Below the pieces are notes generated by a model. It did not search any database. It was given only the letters and a program-made list of their open reading frames with translations, and was not told where the DNA came from. Source: an uncultured Gemmatimonadales bacterium (GTDB taxonomy: Bacteria > Gemmatimonadota > Gemmatimonadetes > Gemmatimonadales > GWC2-71-9). Taken from it: DNA of 64,000 nt. Where the stretch lies: positions 1,280,001 through 1,344,000 of the forward strand of contig CAWHFW010000005.1 in NCBI GenBank assembly GCA_963828735.1, written 5' to 3'. This document shows, one piece after another, positions 56,637 through 64,000 of this stretch. Each line of letters begins with the position of its first letter. Position 1 is the first letter of the stretch. The position numbers and the translations under genes are program-made.

Positions 56637-56791
56637 GGAGCGTCCTTGTGACCTGCGAAAGCTGGGGGCGGAAACTGCGGTTCTATTGCGTGATCTGCGT
56701 GCCACAAAGATCCAATTTGAGGGTGAACATGAAGGCCTGCCGCGCAGACCTACGATGGACGACCTGGGAATCTAGCAAGTTTAGCGCCAGA

Positions 56792-57286
56792 ATGACAGGC
56801 GGAGCCACCCTAGGGTGCCTTCTGACCGTGATTTCCGGCTTCCTGGCCGGGTGCGGCGCTCGGACCTCCCCCTCGGACGGGGCCTCCAGGAAGGCCATCG
56901 AGGCTGCCGTCGAGCGGTACGTGGAGGCTTCCAATAAGGGCGACGCCGCCACCATGGCGAGCCTCTACGCCGAAGACGCCGTCCTCCTGCCCCCCGACCA
57001 CGAGCCGATCCGGGGGAGGGCAGCCATCGGGGACTTCTGGCGGCAAGGCACCGATGAGGGCCTCAAGGTGACCACGCTGGCGGTCGAGGTGGACGGCAAC
57101 CTGGGCTACCTGGTGGGCCGCTACAATCTGCCGGCGACGGAGGAGGAGCCCGCCGATTCGGGGAAGTACGTGATGTGTCTCAAACGGCAGCGCGACGGCT
57201 CCTGGAAGCTGACGGCGGACATCTGGAACCAGAGCGGCGACGACGATGAGGACGACGACAGCTCACCCTCGCCGTCCATCAGCTAA
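56792..57286 (+). CDS. NTF2/SnoaL-like (DUF4440/YybH) lipoprotein
   Basis: LAGC lipobox; LYAEDAVLLPP..IRGRAAI, GKYV..KRQRDGSWKL..DIWN. Confidence 0.85.
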   Translation: MTGGATLGCLLTVISGFLAGCGARTSPSDGASRKAIEAAVERYVEASNKGDAATMASLYAEDAVLLPPDHEPIRGRAAIGDFWRQGTDEGLKVTTLAVEVDGNLGYLVGRYNLPATEEEPADSGKYVMCLKRQRDGSWKLTADIWNQSGDDDEDDDSSPSPSIS

Positions 57287-57290
57287 GGCG

Positions 57291-57923
57291 TCAAGGCGCC
57301 GCGAACGGCGTCTCCACGTCGGGAGCCGTCGCCCGAAAGCGCGACTCGAGCAGGAATCCCCACCGCCGGTCGTAGGGATGGACCTCCAGGGTCGGCCGCG
57401 CGTCCCGGGCGACGGGCCGGTCCTCGTTGGCCCACGCGAAGATGCCGCCGGCCAGATTCCGCACGTTGGTGAAGCCCTGCCGTTCCAGCCAGTCTGCCAG
57501 CCGCGCGCCCCGATAGCCCACCGAGCTGTACACGACAATTGGATCGTTGGTGGCATGCCCGCGCAACGGCCGGAGGCTCGGTCGGCCCGGATTGATGTGC
57601 ACCGCGCCGCGGATGCAGCTCACCTGATATTCGATGTCGGCGCGGGCATCGAGCAGGAGCGGCTGCGTCCGCCCGGCATCCTCACGCCATCGCGCCAGGT
57701 CCGCCGTGCTGACCCACTGCACGTTCGGAAATTTGTGCGCGGTGACGCGGCGAATCGCGGCGAACGCGACACCGCGGCCCGCGATCAGCACCACGGCGGC
57801 GCCAATCAGGATCGGGACGACCACGATCACCAGGAACGGGCCCAGCCAGCGACGGCTGCCCCGCGCGCGGCGCGCCCGCTCCCAACGCCCTCCCCCGCCT
57901 TCCTCTTCCGGCATCGTGTCCAT
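57291..57923 (-). CDS. Membrane-anchored rhodanese-like protein (active-site Cys replaced by Ser)
   Basis: One TM helix; LLLDAR..EYQVSCIRGA, IVVYSSVGYRG, NLAGGIFAWANE, VHPYD. Confidence 0.85.
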   Translation of the reverse strand: MDTMPEEEGGGGRWERARRARGSRRWLGPFLVIVVVPILIGAAVVLIAGRGVAFAAIRRVTAHKFPNVQWVSTADLARWREDAGRTQPLLLDARADIEYQVSCIRGAVHINPGRPSLRPLRGHATNDPIVVYSSVGYRGARLADWLERQGFTNVRNLAGGIFAWANEDRPVARDARPTLEVHPYDRRWGFLLESRFRATAPDVETPFAAP

Positions 57924-57945
57924 GGATGGTCTCCCGACCACGAGG

Positions 57946-59706
57946 TCAAGACTGCTCGATGTCGGTCCGAAGCCGGAGCAGGGAGTCTTCCGTCGCGACG
58001 AGGGCGCCACGCGCGTCGGTCAGCTCCTGCTGCGTGCTCTGGACGAAGCGCCGATAGGGCGCGATGGCCTGGTTGATCCGGTCGGCCGACTGGGAGATCT
58101 CGAGGTGCACCTGGTGAGTGAGCCCGTCGCGAAGTCGGGTCCGCAGCTCCGCGACTCGTCGGCTCAAGTCGCGCTGGGCCTGGCGGCGCTTTCGCGGGAT
58201 GACGTAGAAGCCGCTCACGGCCAGCGTGGTCGCGAGCAGGAGGCCGGTGACATCGGCCACCGCGCCGGTCAGGAGAGTGACCACGAGCGTGCCCAAGCCG
58301 AGCGCGCCCAACTGCGCCAGCGCGGTCGTGGCGACCGTACCCTGGACGTCGTTGGCGAGGGCCCGCGCCTCGGCCTCGCGGTCGTAGCTGCCCACGACCT
58401 CCCGAGCCACCCGGCCGATCGACTCGAGCAGCGCCTGGCGGTTGTAGGTGAAGGTCCCGCCCACCTCGCCCATCATGCCCTCGCGATGCCGCTCGATCTG
58501 CCGCCGGTCGATGTACCCGCTCACGTCCTGCCAGGCCTTGAGATTCCGCTCGACGATCCAGTCGATGACGCGCCCCGTCTCCGTCTCGAGCTGGGCGGGC
58601 GTGTCGCCGATGACCTCCCGCTCGAAGGCACGGCGCACGCCCTCGCTGTCCATCAGGGTCCGGATGCGACCGATGCGAAGGGTCTCCTCGAAGAACCGGA
58701 ACCCCCGGCGCTCCATGTCGCCCAGCAGCACGTCGAGGCGCGCCAGGCGGGGCTCCACGTCGCGCACCATCTCGTCGTGGAACAGGGCGAGCTGCCGGTC
58801 GATGTTCTGGATGGTCTCGATGTCCTGCGCCAGGAGCTTGAGCCGCTCGAACGCCACGTCCTTGTACCGCGCCGCCAGGCGCAGCCCGACGTTGAGCGGG
58901 TTGAGGAGCTTGAGCCGGATGCGCTCCTCCTGATCCAAGGTGCGCACGAGATAGGTGTCCATGGCGTCGAAGCCGCTCGCCGCCCAGCGCTCGACCGAGC
59001 CATCCGCGCGGGCCGCCTGCGCCTCCCGCGCCGACACGGCGAAGAGGCGCGGCGTCTCGCCAACCAACGCGGCGGCGTGCTGCCGCACGAACTCGATGAC
59101 CTGCGAGCGCTCGTCGGGGGTGGTGAGAATGTCGATCTTGTTCACCACGAACACGATCTTCTTGCCCCATTCGCGGATCTGCTCGAGAAACCCGCGCTCG
59201 CTCTCGGTGAACGGCCGGTCGGCGCTGGTGACGAAGAGCACGAGATCGGCGCGCGGGATGAAATCGCGGGTGAGCTCCTCGTGCCGGCGGATGATCGCGT
59301 TCGTGCCCGGCGTGTCGACGACCGTGAGCTCGCGGAGCACGTCGGCGGGATAGGTCCGGTCGAGCAGGAAGGCCTCGACGAGCTGCTCGGAGGCCTCGGC
59401 GCCGTAGCGCAGGCGGTTGATCCGGTCGGTGGTGGGAGTGACGCCCTCCGGAAGGACGCGCTCTCCGAGCAGCGCGTTGATGAAGCTCGACTTGCCCGAG
59501 TTGAACTCCCCGGCCACGACGAGCAGGAACAGCCCGGCGAGCTGCTCGCGCGCCTCATGGAAGCGCCGGAGATCGTCCGCGTCCACGTCGCTGCCGAAGC
59601 GTCCGAGCGCGACCGCGAGCCGGTCGAGCAGCTCCTGCTCGCGGGCGCGGAGGTCCTGCTCGCGCTCCGACAGGATGGCGCGGCGTCCCAGCAGTCTCCC
59701 GATCAA
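57946..59706 (-). CDS. Bacterial dynamin-like GTPase (FZL/mitofusin-like)
   Basis: AGEFNSGKSS (G1), PTT (G2), DTPG (G3), NKID (G4); long helical stalk; two-helix hydrophobic paddle; TTG start after GGAGG. Confidence 0.92.
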   Translation of the reverse strand: MIGRLLGRRAILSEREQDLRAREQELLDRLAVALGRFGSDVDADDLRRFHEAREQLAGLFLLVVAGEFNSGKSSFINALLGERVLPEGVTPTTDRINRLRYGAEASEQLVEAFLLDRTYPADVLRELTVVDTPGTNAIIRRHEELTRDFIPRADLVLFVTSADRPFTESERGFLEQIREWGKKIVFVVNKIDILTTPDERSQVIEFVRQHAAALVGETPRLFAVSAREAQAARADGSVERWAASGFDAMDTYLVRTLDQEERIRLKLLNPLNVGLRLAARYKDVAFERLKLLAQDIETIQNIDRQLALFHDEMVRDVEPRLARLDVLLGDMERRGFRFFEETLRIGRIRTLMDSEGVRRAFEREVIGDTPAQLETETGRVIDWIVERNLKAWQDVSGYIDRRQIERHREGMMGEVGGTFTYNRQALLESIGRVAREVVGSYDREAEARALANDVQGTVATTALAQLGALGLGTLVVTLLTGAVADVTGLLLATTLAVSGFYVIPRKRRQAQRDLSRRVAELRTRLRDGLTHQVHLEISQSADRINQAIAPYRRFVQSTQQELTDARGALVATEDSLLRLRTDIEQS

Positions 59707-59795
59707 CGTGGGTGCCTCCGTCGGTGACGCCTACCCTCACGGCATCGTAATTCCACCGTTCGATCCCGTCGAGGTCGTTGGCGCCGCGGCGCTCG

Positions 59796-60662
59796 TCACG
59801 GCGTCGCGGGGCGAGCGAACGCCTCGAGCCCCACCCGGAACCCGTACCCGCGCAGCATGCGGGTAAAGGACTCGGCGCCGCCGCCGCCGATGACGGCCAT
59901 GGTCCTGGGCGGCAGCTTGCCCACGAAGGTCGCGAGCGCCGGAAGGTTGATCCGCACGATGGTCGGGTCGCTACCGCTCAGGGCGACGCCCCTCGGCCCG
60001 AGCGTCCACGCGGCTTCCACCACCTCCTGCACGGGAAGGTCGGCGCCGAGATAGTGCACGCGCCAGCCATCTTCCTGGATCACGGCCAGTGTGGCGAGAA
60101 AGCCCCACTCGTGACGCTCGCCGGCGAGGCAGGCCCCGACGACGAGCGGTCCCGTGCCACGGGACAACCGCAGCCCGCCCTTCAGCGCGTGGAGCACGAC
60201 CTCGCTGGCCACGTGCTCGGCGGCGATCGGGATCTTGCCGAGCGCCCAGAGGTCGCCGACCGACTGGGCGAGCGGCAGCACGATCTCGGTGGCGAACGCG
60301 CGCAGCCCCCGGAGCGCGAGCTGCTGCGCCACGAGCCCCTCGAGCCGCTCACGATCGAACGCGGCAACGGCGTCCAGCAGGGCCGCCTGAGGCGTGCCGT
60401 CGAGCGCGCGCGCCTGCGCCCGGGCCAGGACTTCCTCGCGCGGCCGCCCGGCCAGGTCGCCGATCCGCTCCCCGTCGTCGATCAGCCGAGCGAACGCTCG
60501 CAGCAAGGCGACCTGATCGGCCGTGTAGGCCCGGTACCCGTTCGGCTGGCGCCGCGGCCGGACCACCTCGTAGCGGCGCTCCCACACACGGAGCCTCGCG
60601 GCGGCCAGCCCGGTCAACTCGGCGACCTCGTGGATCTCGTACGTCCGTTCGAGTGCGGGCAT
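59796..60662 (-). CDS. MerR-family regulator with cobalamin-binding domain (CarH/LitR-like)
   Basis: MerR HTH (IHEVAELTG..LRVWERRY..GYRAY); W-x9-EH (WALGKIPIAAEH); GERHEWG; YLGADLP. Confidence 0.9.
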   Translation of the reverse strand: MPALERTYEIHEVAELTGLAAARLRVWERRYEVVRPRRQPNGYRAYTADQVALLRAFARLIDDGERIGDLAGRPREEVLARAQARALDGTPQAALLDAVAAFDRERLEGLVAQQLALRGLRAFATEIVLPLAQSVGDLWALGKIPIAAEHVASEVVLHALKGGLRLSRGTGPLVVGACLAGERHEWGFLATLAVIQEDGWRVHYLGADLPVQEVVEAAWTLGPRGVALSGSDPTIVRINLPALATFVGKLPPRTMAVIGGGGAESFTRMLRGYGFRVGLEAFARPATP

Positions 60663-60868
60663 GATCGACCGGTCTAAGGTAGAGGCCGCGGGGACGGAGC
60701 GACAGGAGATGGGACCCTGCGAACTCGGCGCGAGGGGCCATCACGCGACGAACGCGCGCGTCGGTCGATGTTTCCCTCTCGCCTCCATTTTCAATCCTCC
60801 CCCGCCTCCTGCCGGACGATTATCTTCCCGTGCCTTCCCTCCGCCGGGCCCGCGAAAGGAGCGTCGTT

Positions 60869-62950
60869 CTGACCCCAGAGAGCACTCGCACCCTCCCCGC
60901 GCGAGCGGACGGCGCCGGCTCGGCGTCTCCCGACGTGCCGCCGGAAGCCGTGGCGTGGCGAAGCATCAACGCCATTCGCGCACTCTCGATGGACGCGGTC
61001 GAGGCCGCCCAGTCCGGGCATCCTGGCACTCCGATGGCCCTCGCGCCGGCCGCGTACGTCCTGTGGCACCGCTTCCTCAAGCACGATCCCCGGAATCCCG
61101 ACTGGCCCGACCGCGACCGCTTCGTGCTCTCCTGCGGACACGCGTCGATGCTGCTGTACTCCCTGCTGCACCTGTCCGGGTACGACGTCTCGCTGGACGA
61201 CCTGCGGGCCTTCCGGCAGTGGGGCTCACGGACGCCGGGCCATCCCGAGCGCGGCCACACGCCGGGGGTGGAGACCACCACCGGCCCGCTGGGCCAGGGT
61301 GTTGGCAATGCGGTCGGGATGGCGATCGCCGAGCGCCTCCTCGCCGAGCATTTCAACCGGCCGGGACACCGGATCGTCGATCATCGTACCTGGGCGTTCG
61401 TGAGCGACGGGGACCTCATGGAGGGGGTCTCCCACGAGGCCGCCTCGCTCGCGGGACACCTGCGGCTCGGCAAGCTCACGCTGATCTACGACGACAACCA
61501 CATCACCATCGACGGTGACACCGCGCTCTCCTTCAGCGAGGACATCCGGCTCCGGTTCGAGGGATACGGCTGGCATGTGATCCGGGTCGGCGACGGGAAC
61601 GACCTGGCGGCGATCGCCGGGGCCTGCGAGGCCGCGATCGCCGAGCCGACCCGCCCGACCATCGTCATCCTCCGCACCTACATCGCCGATCCGGCCCCGA
61701 CAAAACGGGACACGAGCAAGGCGCACGGCGAGCCGCTCGGCGCGGAGGAAGTGCGCCGGACCAAGGAGATCATGGGGTGGCCCGACGAGCCCCGGTTCTA
61801 CGTGCCCGAGGAGGCCCTCGATCATTGGCGCGAAGCCGTTTCCCGCGGCGCGGCGCTCGAGGCCGAGTGGCGCGCGCGCCTGGCCGCCTACGCGGCCGAC
61901 GACGCCGAGGCCGCGCGCGAGCTGGAGCGATGGCTGTCGGGCGCGCTCCCGGACGGCTGGGACGCCGCGCTGCCCGCCATCGCGCCCGACCAGGGGCCGC
62001 TGGCCACGCGCCAGGCCTCCGGGCTGGCGCTGCAGGCCATCGCGGCCGCGGTGCCCAACCTCGTCGGCGGCTCCGCGGATCTCGGCGGCAGCACGGGGAC
62101 GACGCTCAAGCAGGGCGGCACGTTCGGGCCGGGAAGCACGGGGCGGACCTTCCACTGGGGCGTGCGCGAGCACGGCATGGCTGCGTGCCTGAACGGCATC
62201 GCCGCCCACGGCGGCCTTCGCGGCTTCGGCAGCACGTTCCTCGTGTTTTCCGACTACATGAAACCGGCCATCCGCCTGGCGGCGATCATGCGGCTGCCGG
62301 TCATCTACATCGGCACCCATGATTCGATCGGCGTGGGGGAGGACGGTCCGACGCACCAGCCGATCGAGCACCTGGCCATGCTGCGGGCCATCCCCAACCT
62401 CGTCGTGCTGCGTCCGGCGGATGCCACCGAGACGGTCGAGGCCTGGCGCGTCGCGATGGCGCGGACCGTCGGGCCCACGCTCCTCGTGCTGACGCGGCAG
62501 AAGCTGCCGGTGTTCGATCGCTCGACGCTCGGCGCCTCGGCCGGCACCGCGCACGGCGCTTACGTGCTGCAGGACGCGCCGGGCGGGAACCCGCAGGCCA
62601 TCCTCGTCGCCACGGGCTCCGAGGTCCACGTCGCGCTCGCGGCCGCCAAGCTGCTTCAGGCCGACCGGGTCCGGGTGCGAGTCGTGTCGATGCCGTCCTG
62701 GGAGCTCTTCGCGGCCCAGCCGGAGGCCTATCGAAACGAAGTGCTGCCGCCGGGCGTACGGGTGCGCCTCGGCATCGAGGCGGCCAGCGCCTTCGGATGG
62801 GAGCGGTGGGTCGGGAACGACGGGGCCATGCTCGCCATGGAGGGCTTCGGCGCATCCGCGCCGGGCGACCGGCTGTTCGAGGAGTTCAAGTTCACCCCGG
62901 CGCGCGCCGCGTCGATCGTCCGCCAGCTGCTCGTCCAGAGGACCGCATGA
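60869..62950 (+). CDS. tkt: Transketolase (start uncertain: CTG 60869, GTG 60830 or GTG 60935)
   Basis: [54 protein letters not shown]. Confidence 0.97.
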   Translation: MTPESTRTLPARADGAGSASPDVPPEAVAWRSINAIRALSMDAVEAAQSGHPGTPMALAPAAYVLWHRFLKHDPRNPDWPDRDRFVLSCGHASMLLYSLLHLSGYDVSLDDLRAFRQWGSRTPGHPERGHTPGVETTTGPLGQGVGNAVGMAIAERLLAEHFNRPGHRIVDHRTWAFVSDGDLMEGVSHEAASLAGHLRLGKLTLIYDDNHITIDGDTALSFSEDIRLRFEGYGWHVIRVGDGNDLAAIAGACEAAIAEPTRPTIVILRTYIADPAPTKRDTSKAHGEPLGAEEVRRTKEIMGWPDEPRFYVPEEALDHWREAVSRGAALEAEWRARLAAYAADDAEAARELERWLSGALPDGWDAALPAIAPDQGPLATRQASGLALQAIAAAVPNLVGGSADLGGSTGTTLKQGGTFGPGSTGRTFHWGVREHGMAACLNGIAAHGGLRGFGSTFLVFSDYMKPAIRLAAIMRLPVIYIGTHDSIGVGEDGPTHQPIEHLAMLRAIPNLVVLRPADATETVEAWRVAMARTVGPTLLVLTRQKLPVFDRSTLGASAGTAHGAYVLQDAPGGNPQAILVATGSEVHVALAAAKLLQADRVRVRVVSMPSWELFAAQPEAYRNEVLPPGVRVRLGIEAASAFGWERWVGNDGAMLAMEGFGASAPGDRLFEEFKFTPARAASIVRQLLVQRTA

Positions 62951-64000
62951 CCGCTACCAATCCGCTCGTCCGCCTCGGGGAGCTCGGCCAGAGCCCGTGG
63001 TACGACTACATCACCCGCGACCTCGTGACCTCCGGCGAGCTCGCGCGCCTCATCGCCGAGGACGGCCTACGTGGCATGACATCCAATCCGACGATCTTCG
63101 AGAAGGCGATCGCCGGCAGCCGGCTGTACGATGACGAGATCCGCGCCGAGGCGGACGCGGGCCGGAGTCCCCAGGAGATCTTCGAGCGCCTCGCCGTGGC
63201 CGACGTGCGCGCGGCGTGCGACGCGTTCGCGCCGGTCTACCAGGCGAGCGCCGGCGGTGATGGGCTGGTCTCGCTCGAGGTGGCTCCGACCCTTGCCAAC
63301 GATACCGCGGCCACGACTCACGAGGCCGAGCGGCTGTGGCGCGCGCTCGACCGGCCCAACGCCATGATCAAGATTCCCGGCACGCCAGAGGGGCTGCCGG
63401 CGATCACGGACTGCATCGCCGCCGGCGTCAGCGTCAACGTGACGCTGCTCTTCTCGATCGAGCGCTACGGCGAGGTCATCGAGGCGTTCCTCGCGGGCCT
63501 CGAGCGGCGGCTCGAGGCGGGGCTGCCGCTCCGCCCGATCACATCCGTCGCGAGCTTCTTCGTGAGCCGGGTGGACGGCAAGGTGGACCCGCTCCTCGAC
63601 GGGCTGGGCGATCCGGCGAAGCTCCGCGGGCGCATCGCCATCGCGAACGCCTGCGCGGCCTACCGCCTGTTCGAATGGTCGCTGGGCACCCCGCGCTGGG
63701 ACCGGCTGGCCAAGGCCGGCGCCCGCCCGCAACGGCCGCTCTGGGCGTCCACCAGTACCAAGGACCCCCGGTATCCCGACGTGCACTACGTCGAGCCGCT
63801 GGTGGCGCCGCGGACGGTGAACACGCTGCCGCCCGAGACGTTCGCCGCCTATCGCGACCACGGGCGGCCGGCCGTGCGGATCCACGAAGGGATGGCCGAG
63901 GCGCCGAGCCAGCTCACGGCGCTGGCGGACCTGGGCATCGACCTTTCAGCCATCACCGGCGAGCTGGAGCGCGACGGCGTGAGCAAGTTCGCCGCGTCCT
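62947..64000 (+). CDS. tal: Transaldolase, runs off the window
   Basis: Not in the ORF track; ATG 62947 overlaps the tkt stop; [59 protein letters not shown]. Confidence 0.95.
   Translation, partial: MTATNPLVRLGELGQSPWYDYITRDLVTSGELARLIAEDGLRGMTSNPTIFEKAIAGSRLYDDEIRAEADAGRSPQEIFERLAVADVRAACDAFAPVYQASAGGDGLVSLEVAPTLANDTAATTHEAERLWRALDRPNAMIKIPGTPEGLPAITDCIAAGVSVNVTLLFSIERYGEVIEAFLAGLERRLEAGLPLRPITSVASFFVSRVDGKVDPLLDGLGDPAKLRGRIAIANACAAYRLFEWSLGTPRWDRLAKAGARPQRPLWASTSTKDPRYPDVHYVEPLVAPRTVNTLPPETFAAYRDHGRPAVRIHEGMAEAPSQLTALADLGIDLSAITGELERDGVSKFAAS

Noticed and set aside
56689..56707. Possible sigma-54 promoter for the HNH gene (TGGCACG on the minus strand)
   Set aside because: The -12 GC is not at the required spacing (reads TGGCACG-CAGA-TCAC)
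60663..60868. Cobalamin riboswitch or CarH operator upstream of the B12-binding regulator
   Set aside because: No B12-box or convincing tandem direct repeats found by eye
135..63885. Many long antisense or alternate-frame ORFs (e.g. 21118-22971 +, 30942-32993 +, 44646-46802 +, 57634-59727 +, 53982-55586 -, 63067-63885 -)
   Set aside because: Shadow ORFs expected at high GC: they lie opposite well-supported genes, are Arg/Pro/Gly-rich and show no family motifs
1..64000. tRNA, rRNA, tmRNA or IS elements
   Set aside because: No cloverleaf or T-loop signatures, rRNA-like tracts or transposase ORFs recognised; intergenic gaps are short. A covariance-model scan was not possible

Overview
High-GC bacterial chromosomal segment (roughly 70% GC by eye), densely coding, with about 54 genes. 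I found no rRNA, tRNA, CRISPR array, prophage or IS element. Gene content suggests Gemmatimonadota (Hanks kinase-TPR protein, Ig-cupredoxin lipoproteins, fused E1 and E2-E1 dehydrogenases); this is inference. 1-15.5 kb is a surface-glycan locus: GT4 x2, an acyltransferase, GT2 x3 (one fused to a methyltransferase-like domain), a polysaccharide deacetylase, two GT-C-like polytopic membrane proteins, an unexplained flavoprotein, and a UbiA-DprE1-DprE2 cassette resembling the mycobacterial lipid-linked arabinose pathway. The rest is housekeeping and signalling: M28 peptidase, TrmB plus diguanylate cyclase, lon, two Ser/Thr kinases, an ABC transporter with an embedded STAS fusion protein, fused 2-oxoacid dehydrogenase E1, a frameshifted amidohydrolase, PfpI, MazG-like, rsgA, proline dehydrogenase, topoisomerase IB, three cupredoxin lipoproteins, AraC, YtxJ, fadIJ, glpD, kgd, HNH, a CarH-like regulator/dynamin/rhodanese run, tkt and tal. 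Best candidates for something new: (i) the arabinosyl-donor cassette with GT-C enzymes, (ii) the STAS protein with an acetolactate-decarboxylase-like HxH domain inside an ABC operon, (iii) a B12 photoreceptor-like regulator ahead of a dynamin, and (iv) a 17-bp duplication creating a translational-coupling minigene. All calls come from motif reading by eye; no database searches were run.
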